Source: a candidate division WOR-3 bacterium (GTDB taxonomy: Bacteria; Hydrothermota; Hydrothermia; LBFQ01). Taken from it: a DNA stretch of 47,434 bases. The notes below the pieces were generated by a model that worked only from the letters and a program-made list of their open reading frames with translations, was not told where the DNA came from and did not search any database. Below, in pieces: positions 31,201-40,207 of this stretch; the stretch's first letter is position 1, and each line of letters begins with the position of its first letter. The translations under genes were made by a program, and so were the position numbers. The DNA lies in the NCBI GenBank assembly GCA_039802605.1, contig JBDRWW010000009.1, positions 1-47,434 on the forward strand, written 5' to 3'.

Positions 31201-32316
31201 CACCCTGTAATTTGAATGGGAAAATCCCCAAAAAATTGTAGATCTTTGCAAACTATCAACGAATTCGGACATACTTATATCCCTTATGGGTGTGTCCTGT
31301 TCGCACAATTCGGAACGGTTAAGGGAAGAGGGAACAAAACCCCTCATAATAGAAACATATCCACAGGCGTCGTTATTAACGATAAACTTTGAAGCGTGGA
31401 GAAGGATTTTCGGTTGAAACCCGTAAAGGTAATGGGTTTCGTAGAATATAATTCTCCTTACTATTTCAAATGCCTTTTGTGGGTCGGTTATGGGTATCCT
31501 ACCAACGGCCACATCTGGCATAATATCTATTGTATCCGATAACTCGCCGAGTAAATAGTTTCCGTTGTAGTTCCAATCCCCATCTAATGCAGAATAATAT
31601 GCATCGGATTGCATATCGGTTCCGTAATTGTATTCGTCCGAAGAGGCCATTTCAATCCTTGGAGCCGGAACCACTTCCCTACTCCCCCCTATTAATACGA
31701 ACCTTATTCCCCAATTGGTGTATGCGTACTTTATAAAGTTCCTTATCTTTTCCTCATAACTCCTGCCCGGAAAGGATGAGTATATATAATTCAAAGTAAA
31801 GACCTTTGTCCTTATACCCCTCAAAGTCCTAAATACCGCCAAACTCTCAAAGGGTTGAACCAAGAAAGAATCGGTTATTATTACCATATCAAGGGTTGGC
31901 CTTAGGGGTATTGTTGAGAACTTTTCGGGTTTTCCCTTTGGAATTTTGAATATATTTGCCCTTATTCGCTTGTATTCATAAAAAGTTCCATTTTCTCTAA
32001 CAAGGTTTATAAACGATACGAACGCAAACTTCTTCCCCCTTGAAAACCCGTATACCACTTTAATTGGTTTGTCGGGTATGTTCTCTTCCGGTTCGGAAAA
32101 GTATTTTAAATTGTCAAACATGAATTGAAGGTTTTGGGCATATTTCGGTGTGGTTTTAAGTCTTTCATAAGAGATTATATCCACCTTCAAACTTTCCCCG
32201 GGATTTAGAGGGATCCTGACGATCTCAACTTTAAAAATCGGAAAATTTGGAATTTCCACCCTGCCTGAAACTTTATTGAAATCTACATTATAAACCGTTC
32301 CTATAACGAACAGCAT
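28267..32316 (-). CDS. C25 (gingipain/PorU-like) peptidase domain with Ig/FN3-like domains, FG-GAP propeller and T9SS-like C-terminal tag
   Basis: IRNFIK.AY..WG..FVLIGG, SD.YY..LDG, VGRIP, His/Cys region FSHS..HTGC, LIGDP; GDxxGDG..E repeats; YDITGR..GVYF..K C-terminus. Confidence 0.85.
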   Translation of the reverse strand: MLFVIGTVYNVDFNKVSGRVEIPNFPIFKVEIVRIPLNPGESLKVDIISYERLKTTPKYAQNLQFMFDNLKYFSEPEENIPDKPIKVVYGFSRGKKFAFVSFINLVRENGTFYEYKRIRANIFKIPKGKPEKFSTIPLRPTLDMVIITDSFLVQPFESLAVFRTLRGIRTKVFTLNYIYSSFPGRSYEEKIRNFIKYAYTNWGIRFVLIGGSREVVPAPRIEMASSDEYNYGTDMQSDAYYSALDGDWNYNGNYLLGELSDTIDIMPDVAVGRIPITDPQKAFEIVRRIIFYETHYLYGFQPKILLHASKFIVNNDACGYVSIMRGFVPSSLNRSELCEQDTPIRDISMSEFVDSLQRSTIFWGFSHSNYRVFLVNIDSTTVVFTYNDIFRIRSDSTPVVWLHTGCLVNSPNNNSIGAMLFKEGKSIVSYGPQKESAPSVGINLVGNGLEDAYNDSSGFYAGLIDFYAKTYAASLGYIETYVYEAVSYGLIGDPATLVYKTQPYTMSPTVFISNDTLYISGAPSNSLVVAVQGGVEILRDSVSPSGGLTAKLNIRNDKPVLVGINAFGYLPKIETLYISSLPPILSLKGLGISSEYAGTPAILSGYLKNPSSFTAISPFIKFVGIHNSDTDSTVLPDINPGDSVPFNLNINISKFAGYSSVTGILIYGCSGCDTLRDTFTIMGKGPKLKFVGAYIDTSGGSITLKLLVYNEGGGPSDSVFAELYSGPFTMVSPGVYTNLPPLRYSDTSFKVILSGTYSGGIPLRLKIYNDYGDTIYPRIVLPSSTIYPPIISLEPGDKHIKVVWSGSANGYIILRDTSIVDIVPGNWSFIRDMLSDNGVHCYRVVPVKDGVVGIPSPTVCNRPNPERRFAPKDVLYTLHRTIPLAAQLDRVSPEYEVVFSSLYNTIFAFDHMGNLLWKYDVDTFPDLTEISAPPAVGDINGDRYMEVVFGISGTNPGIIALDHNGNFLWKYNLPNAPTGPVVLGLYRGGRVPAIAFRAGPNIYFLNGSGGLINSCGSYQWRDDYMSAGDLDRDGTWELVFLSNDTVYAINTNCNNKAGFPKKLSRVLYRGTRLYDVNGDGYLDIIVDGGNTTVILDRFGNVIDTVVFNHISNFDVPITLDWDGDGVVDIGLLGSYFFEVRRLDGTLLYMQTSEPNSGGRLIVAGDLNGDGRDEAIFSDARSKLHALGAFLDIMGFPINLGHGDRYREEVVNGGTLVYDIDEDGDMEMFAATNGNKFYGWNLGITGSIRWPMVRGNRWNSGFPSIEMPDTNASTLISSQQGENLEIIIGKNGLITVISNGVDLEIYDITGRRLVDIRLPKGKQVFKPGLKRGVYFLKVKGKNVKIKKFII

Positions 32317-32344
32317 AATATGGATATTTTAAAGCCTTTCAACA

Positions 32345-32776
32345 TTACTCGCCCACTTCCCTTATTTCCGGTATTCTACCCTTAAACCTAATCCACCTTC
32401 CGGTTTTATCTATGCTCCACTTCCAGGTTGCTTCATAAACCTTTTTCGTCGGCACATTTACGGCCCTCGCGTAGAAAACGACATAAGTGGAATCCCCTTC
32501 TCTCTCAACCCTCCAACCCGTGGTATCGGGCCTGGCGAGTTCCGGCATATACGCCAAATTCCCCGAAGCCGCCGCGCTTATAAGTTTATCCAACATCTTC
32601 GGGTCTTTTATATTGCCCTGAATTTGGGCCATATATGTTATAAAGGCTTTGCCACCGCTTATAACTTCCTTTTGGTTCTCGGTTAAACCCGCTTGAACCT
32701 TCTTTATTAAGGCTTCATCCGATTGTGTACCAGAGCAAGCCATCACCAAAACCATCAAAGGTAAAATCCTTTTCAT
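32345..32776 (-). CDS. Hypothetical lipoprotein
   Basis: MKRILPLMVLVMA-C lipobox-type signal. Confidence 0.7.
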   Translation of the reverse strand: MKRILPLMVLVMACSGTQSDEALIKKVQAGLTENQKEVISGGKAFITYMAQIQGNIKDPKMLDKLISAAASGNLAYMPELARPDTTGWRVEREGDSTYVVFYARAVNVPTKKVYEATWKWSIDKTGRWIRFKGRIPEIREVGE

Positions 32777-32846
32777 AATCAAAAAATTATAAGGGGGGTG
32801 GACTTTTCCCGTTGAAAAATTTCTCTTACAGCCTTAAAATAACCAA

Positions 32847-33419
32847 ATGGTGTTAAACGAAAGTATTTTACAGTTGGAGTTAGAGGACAAATGGAATGTG
32901 TGGTTTACATTAAGGGATTATCCCTTGGTTGATTTAAGGGAGGTATCCCTAGAAAGCGGTCAGCCTATATCCTCTTTGAGGAGAACGGCGGAATATTTGA
33001 AACTTATGGGGTATTTGGATGTTTTGAGTGGTGATAGTTTTAGGTTTAAATGTTCCGAAGAAGAGGTTAAGGTATTGAAGAAAATGTTGGAGGAAAACCT
33101 TATGAGGGATTGGGAATTTAACGATTGCCACAGATTGTATTGCGATTTGGAAAATTATGAGAGAAAGATTATAAACAGACTCGTATTTTCATCATCAAAA
33201 GTTGGTGTTAGGGTTTTGATGGAGCTGATTGGTAGTAAAGGGTATTTTAAAATTTTGAATTTTGAAAGGAAGCTGTCCCAGTTTTCAAAGGAAAACGGTC
33301 TTTTTGTTCCAATATGTAAGGATAAGTCTATAAGGAGGAAGAGCATCACATTTTATAAAGTTTGCTCGGATAGTTTTAGGGATAATATGAAGAAGGTGAT
33401 AGAAGCCTTCAAACTTTGA
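32847..33419 (+). CDS. Hypothetical protein, possible winged-HTH
   Basis: 190-aa ORF with its own -10 box; the LREVS.......LRR....L...GYL segment resembles a wHTH. Confidence 0.5.
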   Translation: MVLNESILQLELEDKWNVWFTLRDYPLVDLREVSLESGQPISSLRRTAEYLKLMGYLDVLSGDSFRFKCSEEEVKVLKKMLEENLMRDWEFNDCHRLYCDLENYERKIINRLVFSSSKVGVRVLMELIGSKGYFKILNFERKLSQFSKENGLFVPICKDKSIRRKSITFYKVCSDSFRDNMKKVIEAFKL

Positions 33420-33445
33420 GTAATACCCCTTTACAATTCACGACG

Positions 33446-34291
33446 ATGATTCTTCTGTTTGCCAAGTTTACCTTTAATGCGGGCTCTATGAAAATACTCT
33501 TCTCGGGTGAAACGATTTATATACTGTCAAATGGGGTTTATATAACAACCGACGAGTATGAGATTAAAGGCTCGTATGGGAAATATTACGAAAACTCGGG
33601 TAAGGTTTTTTTAAACGATGCCTCCGTTAAATCTTCCAATTTGTCGTTGTTTGCCAAAAGTTTGTTTTACAATAAGTATAACAAGTTTTTGGAGTTAAAG
33701 GGGAACGCATACTTTGAGGACAATTACAGGAGGATTTCGGGCGATATAATCAAGAGTAAAGGGGATTCGGCTTGGGTGTTTGGTAATGTGGATGTGTTAT
33801 CAAAGAATAGGAATTTAAGGGTTTACGGCGATAGCGCTTTTTATGATGGTAAAAACGCTTACGGATGGGTAAGGGGTAAATCTATGGCCGTTATTCCTTC
33901 TTCCGACACCTTAAACATTTTTGCAAGCATGTTTTTACTGCATAGGGATACAACATTTGGATATGGGGATGTTGTAATAAAGTCGGCATCCGCCGAGGCT
34001 AAGGGGGATACTTTTGTAGCCGATGTTAGGGGTGATACTTTGAGGAAGGTTTTCCTCTTTGGTAATGTATCCATCGCGTGGAAAAACGGCAAAGGTTATT
34101 CAAAAATTGCCGAAATGGTCTTTGAAGGGGGAGAACTGAGAAATTTAGTTTTAAGGGATTCCGCAAGGGTTATATATAATGAAGGTGGAGGGACAATAGA
34201 GGTTGAGGGGGGTATAATAAGGGCTAAGGTTGAAAGGGATAGTTTAAAACACATACGGGTTGAGAAGTTGGAAAGGGGTGTTTATAGGTGA
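33446..34291 (+). CDS. OstA/LptA/LptD_N-like beta-jellyroll protein
   Basis: Repeated L.GN(V/A)..., GD...Y beta-taco motifs. Start moved from 33416 to ATG 33446, 8 nt after TACAAT. Confidence 0.65.
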   Translation: MILLFAKFTFNAGSMKILFSGETIYILSNGVYITTDEYEIKGSYGKYYENSGKVFLNDASVKSSNLSLFAKSLFYNKYNKFLELKGNAYFEDNYRRISGDIIKSKGDSAWVFGNVDVLSKNRNLRVYGDSAFYDGKNAYGWVRGKSMAVIPSSDTLNIFASMFLLHRDTTFGYGDVVIKSASAEAKGDTFVADVRGDTLRKVFLFGNVSIAWKNGKGYSKIAEMVFEGGELRNLVLRDSARVIYNEGGGTIEVEGGIIRAKVERDSLKHIRVEKLERGVYR

Positions 34292-34292
34292 T

Positions 34293-34631
34293 TTAACTCA
34301 GCAATTTACTTATAATAGCCGAGATAATGGAATAAATTATCCAAGACAGTATTCCCCATCCCAAACTTTCAAAATGAAACCCCTTAACAAAAAGGGATAA
34401 GGCTAAGAACAAAAGGGCGTTTAAAATTAACGACCACAATCCAAGGCTTAGTATGGTTAAAGGCAATGTTAAAATCTCAACTATCGGTTTTACCAAGGAA
34501 TTCATTATACCGAGTAGAAAGGCGGAAAGTATTAACGAATAAGGGTCATTTATTTCAAATCCGGGAATTAAAAAATCGGTTAAAAATAGAGATGCGACAT
34601 TTACCGCAAACCTCAAAAATAAACCCATCAT
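34293..34631 (-). CDS. 4-TM phage-holin superfamily IV (YvlD-like) membrane protein
   Basis: G..N..VKP+..+LTLP+TIL+LGL....NA motif. Confidence 0.85.
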   Translation of the reverse strand: MMGLFLRFAVNVASLFLTDFLIPGFEINDPYSLILSAFLLGIMNSLVKPIVEILTLPLTILSLGLWSLILNALLFLALSLFVKGFHFESLGWGILSWIIYSIISAIISKLLS

Positions 34632-34654
34632 ACGATCTCCGAATTATAATACTT

Positions 34655-35254
34655 TCACATTTTAAAAAGCAACTTTATAAACTGGACAAAATTCGGGTTA
34701 AAAAGGGTCATAGCCAGAATATTAAGGATTATCAGAAAGTAAAGGGTTAGGGTTATTTTGTTAAACTTTGAATTCACATCACTCCTAAGCACATCTATTT
34801 TCGCATCCGTTTCCCTCTTGAAAGACTCTAACTTCTCATTCAAAGCTTCGAACCTTGCATTTGTTTCTCTCTGATAGGCCACGAGTTTTTGGTCTAAGGC
34901 ATCCATTCTGGTGCCCAATTCCTTGTAATATGCTTCTAACTTTTCATCTAAAGCCCCAATTTTTGAGTTTAATTCCCTATGGTAAGCCTCTATTTTCTCG
35001 TTCAAGGCTTCAAATCTTGCATTTGTTTCCCTTTTAAACGCTTCAAACTTTTCCTCCAACGACCCTATTTTCGCTTTTATCTCTTCCTTAAAAGTCTGGA
35101 TTTCCAACCTTATCTCCCTACGAAAATCTTCAAATTCCCTCCTTGTGGGTATATTCTCTTCCGCAAATGTTTCCAAATACTTGGCAATGGCCGTGGCATT
35201 TTCGGGACCCATCGTCTTTTCTAATACCTTATAAAGTTCAACAATACGGGGCAT
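34655..35254 (-). CDS. DUF1640/CCDC90-like membrane-anchored coiled-coil protein
   Basis: Helical head, neck IPTRREF, stalk of 18-residue repeats, C-terminal TM helix. Confidence 0.65.
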   Translation of the reverse strand: MPRIVELYKVLEKTMGPENATAIAKYLETFAEENIPTRREFEDFRREIRLEIQTFKEEIKAKIGSLEEKFEAFKRETNARFEALNEKIEAYHRELNSKIGALDEKLEAYYKELGTRMDALDQKLVAYQRETNARFEALNEKLESFKRETDAKIDVLRSDVNSKFNKITLTLYFLIILNILAMTLFNPNFVQFIKLLFKM

Positions 35255-35282
35255 ATGTAGGTATTATAAGGTTGAAGGTAAA

Positions 35283-35801
35283 TTATGCTTTGTCCCCCTT
35301 GATTTCTAATCCTATTCTTAACTTAGACCTGCTTTCGGTTTTGAATCCCTGGGAAACCAAAACTTCAACAACCATCTTTATAGCCTCCTCATCCCCTTCT
35401 ACTTCCGCAAATAGCATGTTTGTATGCCCTTCAAATACAACGGAATCAAATGTCAATTTAAAATCCCCGTAGTCGTATTCAACCCTTTTTGTGTATGTTT
35501 CAAGCAAAACCCCCCTTGTGGTCTTTTCCTCATTAAATTCTTTTTCCGATACCTCTTTTTCCCGTTCCACCCTTTTCACCAATACACCCGATTTTTCCAC
35601 ATCTTTTTTATAAGTCCTAACAATCCTATCCCCAAAAACCCTATACCTTATGGCTTCATCCGGTTTATCGGTTTTAAGATACACATCCCAAAAAGATAAT
35701 TCCCTTTTACCCTTTGCTTTTAGTCCCATATGTCTTAAAATCCCCAAAACCCTCTCGAAATCTTTATCCGAGCTCAAAATAAATTTCGCCTCAACTTCCA
35801 T
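35283..35801 (-). CDS. CYTH domain protein
   Basis: N-terminal ExExK (EVEAKF), D.Y, R.R, E.E motifs. Confidence 0.8.
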   Translation of the reverse strand: MEVEAKFILSSDKDFERVLGILRHMGLKAKGKRELSFWDVYLKTDKPDEAIRYRVFGDRIVRTYKKDVEKSGVLVKRVEREKEVSEKEFNEEKTTRGVLLETYTKRVEYDYGDFKLTFDSVVFEGHTNMLFAEVEGDEEAIKMVVEVLVSQGFKTESRSKLRIGLEIKGDKA

Positions 35802-36627
35802 CTATAACATCGTCCGGTTCTATCTCTTTTAAGAGGAACCTCCCCTTCTCATCCATATCCAGGTATCCCGCAAAGGGTTCCCTATCGTGTGGGGTGAATA
35901 TAATGGCCCTTTCTTTTATGAACAAAGGGTATAGGTTCTTTCTGACAAAAAGCATTTCTTCTGGGTATAAATCGTATCCCATAACATACGGCAAAGGTAC
36001 ATGATGCCTTGTCGGTATAACATCGCCAACAAAAACAAAAGTTTTTTCCGCGTCCTTAATAACCACTATTTGATGCCCCCTCGTATGCCCCCCGGTTCTA
36101 TAAACGAATATGTTCTCCCAAACCTCCTGTGAACCCGAAACTATCTTTAAATGCCCTTCTAAGGGTTTTATCCTTTCCTGCGGATAGCTCGCCTTACTCC
36201 TTTCGTGTGGAAATAAAGCATCCATCCACTCGTATTGTTGAATCACCACGGGGCATTTATATCTATACTCCCCATCCGATACCAATTCCCCGGCATGGTC
36301 AAAGTGTAAATGCGTTTGAACTATTAAGGAAACCTCTTGCCTGCCTATGGGGGCATTTTTAAAAGGGTCTTCCTCCTCAACCGCGTAAATATCCTTAAAT
36401 TTCTCATCCCACCCGGTACCCAAACCGCTTTCTATTAAAACATAACCCTTGTCGGTTTTTACGAGTAATGGATGGGTTGCCATAGGAATCCTATTCCTTT
36501 CGTCGGGTTTTATGAGCTTTTCCCAGAGAACCTTTGGGACCACACCGAACATTGCGCCGCCGTCAAGGGCAAACTTACCGGAGTTCAACTGATAGATGGT
36601 TATACTCTTACCTTTGAAAACCCTCAT
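35791..36627 (-). CDS. MBL-fold metallo-hydrolase (YtnP-like)
   Basis: LDGGAMFGVVPK.LW, THLHFDHAG, GGHT.GH, GD, HD. Confidence 0.9.
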   Translation of the reverse strand: MRVFKGKSITIYQLNSGKFALDGGAMFGVVPKVLWEKLIKPDERNRIPMATHPLLVKTDKGYVLIESGLGTGWDEKFKDIYAVEEEDPFKNAPIGRQEVSLIVQTHLHFDHAGELVSDGEYRYKCPVVIQQYEWMDALFPHERSKASYPQERIKPLEGHLKIVSGSQEVWENIFVYRTGGHTRGHQIVVIKDAEKTFVFVGDVIPTRHHVPLPYVMGYDLYPEEMLFVRKNLYPLFIKERAIIFTPHDREPFAGYLDMDEKGRFLLKEIEPDDVIDGS

Positions 36628-37910
36628 TATGGGAACAGTCTCCTACCCCTATAAACCTCCGCAACCCTATCAATGGCAACAATGTAAGCGGCCGTCCTGT
36701 AATCGGTATTATATTTCTTTGCGGTTTCCAAAACCTCCTTTGTGGCCCTTAAAAGTATTTTTGCCATACTATTATTAACCTCTTCCTCTTCCCAATAATA
36801 CCCCATTCTATCCTGAACCCATTCAAGATAACTAACTACCACCCCACCGGCATTTGCCAGTATATCCGGTATAACCTTTACACCCTTTGAGTAAAGTATT
36901 TCATCGGCTTCGGGTGTGGTAGGTCCGTTGGCGCCTTCAACTATATACCTTGCCTTTACATTTTGGGCTATCTCGCCGGTTATCTGGTTTTCCAAGGCCG
37001 CGGGTACGAGTATATCAACATCAAGGGTTAAGAGTTCCTCGTTTTTTATTTCCTTACCCTTTATGTTTAACCTTTTTACCATTTCGTTTAAAGGAACATA
37101 CCTCTTTTCGGAGTTTTGAACTTTATACATATCCTTTATTGGGAGGCCTTCCGGGGAATATATACCCATTGTGTGATCGCTAACCGCTACCACCTTTGCG
37201 CCCAACCCTTCCAAGAACAAAGCCGCGTGACTCCCCACATTGCCAAAACCCTGAACGGCCACGGTTTTACCCTTTATATCCTCTCCAAAGTATTCCAAAA
37301 TGCCATTTGTAACAACGCTAACCCCCCTTCCCGTGGCCTCTTTCCTACCTTTTGAACCCCCGATATATAAAGGTTTCCCGGTAACAACGGCGGGTTCGTT
37401 ATACCCTTTAAAAACGCTATAAGTATCCATTATCCAAGCCATAACCTTTGCATCCGTATTCACATCCGGGGCGGGTATATCCAAATTCGGACCTATAAAG
37501 TTTATGATTTCATAGGTGTATCTCCTAGTTAGCCTTTCAAGTTCCCTTTCTGAAAGTTGGGATGGGTCAACCTTTATACCACCCTTTGCGCCTCCAAACG
37601 GTATATCAACCAGGGAGCACTTAAATGTCATCCATGTGGCAAGGGCTACAACCTCTTCCTTTGTCACAAGAGGGGAATATCTAATGCCACCCTTAAAAGG
37701 TCCCCTAGCGTTGTTGTGTTGGCACCTCCATCCGGTGAAAACCCTTACTTCGCCGGAATCCATAACCACGGGAATGCTAACCTCTATAACCCGCATCGGT
37801 TTTATCAGTATTTCCCTGAGATAGGGCTCTAAGCCCATTACATCCATAGCCTTTTCAAGCTGTTTTCTCGCAACCTGATCCGGAGAAGGCCCTTTAATGG
37901 TTTCCGTCAT
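36627..37910 (-). CDS. gdhA: Glu/Leu/Phe/Val dehydrogenase (glutamate dehydrogenase)
   Basis: GPFKGGIR, GGAKGG, PAPDV, VTGKP..GGS.GR, QGFGNVG, EGANGP, NAGGV.VSY.EW. Confidence 0.93.
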   Translation of the reverse strand: MTETIKGPSPDQVARKQLEKAMDVMGLEPYLREILIKPMRVIEVSIPVVMDSGEVRVFTGWRCQHNNARGPFKGGIRYSPLVTKEEVVALATWMTFKCSLVDIPFGGAKGGIKVDPSQLSERELERLTRRYTYEIINFIGPNLDIPAPDVNTDAKVMAWIMDTYSVFKGYNEPAVVTGKPLYIGGSKGRKEATGRGVSVVTNGILEYFGEDIKGKTVAVQGFGNVGSHAALFLEGLGAKVVAVSDHTMGIYSPEGLPIKDMYKVQNSEKRYVPLNEMVKRLNIKGKEIKNEELLTLDVDILVPAALENQITGEIAQNVKARYIVEGANGPTTPEADEILYSKGVKVIPDILANAGGVVVSYLEWVQDRMGYYWEEEEVNNSMAKILLRATKEVLETAKKYNTDYRTAAYIVAIDRVAEVYRGRRLFP

Positions 37911-37948
37911 AGCCGGGGATTATACCCCCGAAAAACTTTTAAGATATA

Positions 37949-38740
37949 CTACCATTGTGAAAACTCTTCGCTTTCCTCAACAAATACGGTTGGTATGGTA
38001 TTCTTTATCCTTTCAAAAACCGTATAAAAGTCATCCTCAACATTTCTAACCCATTTACCGTAATTTTGCTGAAAGGCTTTTAAAACTATTTGTTCCTTTG
38101 TTAAGGCGTTCTTCAAACCCAGCTCCTTATACCTCTGTTCCAAAACATCCCTAACCTCCATTAAAAGTTTGGCCCTTCTTTCCCGTTCCTTTTCGGCATC
38201 CTTTAATGCAAAACTCGTAAAGTCATCAACCTTGTTTAAAACCTTTTCAAAGGCATAACCCGGAAACCTATTTATGTTAAACCTGTCTATTATGAAACCT
38301 ATGGTTATGTAGTACGCGAAATCTATAAGGTTTATCAGTTCGCTTTCGAGCATATCCGGATTCTCTTCCAGGCCCATCATAAACACCATATAGGCTTGAT
38401 GTGCTTTATCCCTGAGTGCGGGAGCTTTTTCTATATTCAAACTGATTATATGCTTCATAACATCCCTGGGGAGGATGAGGACGGGTATTTCCCTCAAACC
38501 CACAAGTTTTGCCGCCTCCAACCTATGCTGCCCGTTTATAACTTCCAAAAACCCGTCTTTACCCTCCACGGTTATTATGGGTTCAACAAAGCCTATCCTG
38601 TGTATGGATTCCGCCAACTGCTTTATCAACCTATCGGATATCTCCCTCTGTATTTCCGGAATCCTAACCCTATCAACGTTGACCAATTCAAATTTTATTT
38701 CATAGCCCTTCAAAGGCTCCTTAAAAACAAACCTTTCCAT
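37949..38740 (-). CDS. ParB/Sulfiredoxin N-terminal domain protein
   Basis: QR..S....L..SI...G+..PI, NGQHRL.A motif. Confidence 0.8.
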   Translation of the reverse strand: MERFVFKEPLKGYEIKFELVNVDRVRIPEIQREISDRLIKQLAESIHRIGFVEPIITVEGKDGFLEVINGQHRLEAAKLVGLREIPVLILPRDVMKHIISLNIEKAPALRDKAHQAYMVFMMGLEENPDMLESELINLIDFAYYITIGFIIDRFNINRFPGYAFEKVLNKVDDFTSFALKDAEKERERRAKLLMEVRDVLEQRYKELGLKNALTKEQIVLKAFQQNYGKWVRNVEDDFYTVFERIKNTIPTVFVEESEEFSQW

Positions 38741-38766
38741 AAGAATATATTTTAAAGTTGTAAGAT

Positions 38767-39954
38767 TTACCGGTATCTTACGGAAACCTTCGGGGAATTT
38801 TGCAATAATTTCGGGATTTCAAGCATATCTTCCAAATTAATACTTTCCACCAGTTCAATGAGGCCTTCCATGTCTTCGGTTATTCCAAAAAGGGCATAGT
38901 TTAGTGCGGTGTTTATTCCTATGTTTTCAGCCTCATCAAAGGATTGTACAATCTCCGAAATTATCATCTTCTTAACCCTGTTGAAAACTCTCCCATCCGG
39001 CTCAAAGTTTTCCACCAACTTTATTATTTCGTCCAAAGGGGGGGATTCTTCAGGGGGGCATTCACCTATTACGGATAAAACATTTGCAATTCTGTATTCG
39101 TACAACCTAGCGCTAAACTCGTCAAGGCTACCCCTTTCAACAAGCGTCCAAATTGGGGATGTCCTGTCAAGGTCTAAAATCCTCGTGAAAATGTTAAAAG
39201 CCAAATTCGTTTTTATATCTTCCTTTTGCAGCCTCCAAGATACCGCAAACCTGTTTGGGTAATTGTGCTTTTTCAGTAAAATTTCGTTATATACCTTATA
39301 CGGTGGGAATTGGGTTTCAACAAATTTTGCCTTTTCACCTCTCTTTTCAACCCTTCCAAATGTATTTTCAAGGAGGTTTATAACTTCCGAGTAATCAAAG
39401 GGACTTACAACCACAACAAAAAGGTTATCCAAAGAGTAAAATCTTTCATAAAAACCCTTGACATCTTCTAATTTAAGGCTTTTCAAATCGGATTCCCAAC
39501 CTATTACGGGATGGGAATACGGGTTTTCCGGCATTAGGTGTGCAAATGTTTCCGTCCATAGGGTCTCATCATCCTCATCCTCGGACATGTAGTATTCGTT
39601 GAGTATAACCTCTCTTTCCGTTTCAAAACCGTTAAAGGAAAGGTTCTCCACCCTGTCGGCTTCTAAAACCATTGTTTCGTACAATTTATCCGCCGGTATT
39701 ACCTCATAATAAACCGTTATATCCTTATCCGTGAAGGCGTTGTCGTATCCACCAAAGGAGTCTATATATGCGCTGAAAGGTTGAAAGTTTTTTGTGCCGT
39801 TGAACATTAGGTGTTCCAAAAGGTGTGCGACGCCGGTTTTGCCCCTTTCCTCGTTCGCGGAACCAACATTATAAACTACCACCAGCGAGGCCACCTTCTC
39901 CTTGTAAGGTACAATTATGCAATCAATGGAGTTGTTAAGATTGACTTTCCTCAA
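38767..39954 (-). CDS. M16 family (pitrilysin-like) zinc peptidase
   Basis: GS..E.....G.AHLLEHLMF.GT, NAFT, E+EVI..E. Start moved from 40062 to TTG 39954. Confidence 0.9.
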   Translation of the reverse strand: MRKVNLNNSIDCIIVPYKEKVASLVVVYNVGSANEERGKTGVAHLLEHLMFNGTKNFQPFSAYIDSFGGYDNAFTDKDITVYYEVIPADKLYETMVLEADRVENLSFNGFETEREVILNEYYMSEDEDDETLWTETFAHLMPENPYSHPVIGWESDLKSLKLEDVKGFYERFYSLDNLFVVVVSPFDYSEVINLLENTFGRVEKRGEKAKFVETQFPPYKVYNEILLKKHNYPNRFAVSWRLQKEDIKTNLAFNIFTRILDLDRTSPIWTLVERGSLDEFSARLYEYRIANVLSVIGECPPEESPPLDEIIKLVENFEPDGRVFNRVKKMIISEIVQSFDEAENIGINTALNYALFGITEDMEGLIELVESINLEDMLEIPKLLQNSPKVSVRYR

Positions 39955-40207
39955 TCCTTTTAAGTCTCTCTTTAACATCTTTGAACCTTTTACCTTCCGG
40001 ATATAGTTCAAGTATTTTGTTGTAAATCTCTTCCGCCTTTGGGTCTTCAAGCATAAGTTCATATAACATCCCCAAGTTGTATAGGAGTTCCTCGTTGTTT
40101 GGATATTCCGATAGGGCTTTCTTTAACAATTCTTCGGCCTTCTCGTACTTGTGGTTTAAAATGTAAAACTTTACCTCTTCAAGGATTTCCTCTACCTTCA
40201 TTTCCAC
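39935..40207 (-). CDS. Small TPR protein
   Basis: Y.KA...L..AL..YP.N...LYNLG..Y; overlaps both neighbours. Confidence 0.75.
   Translation of the reverse strand: MEMKVEEILEEVKFYILNHKYEKAEELLKKALSEYPNNEELLYNLGMLYELMLEDPKAEEIYNKILELYPEGKRFKDVKERLKRIEESQS

Noticed and set aside
34293..34631. Prophage suggested by the holin-family gene
   Set aside because: The YvlD-like family is common in non-phage contexts, and no endolysin, integrase or structural genes are nearby.
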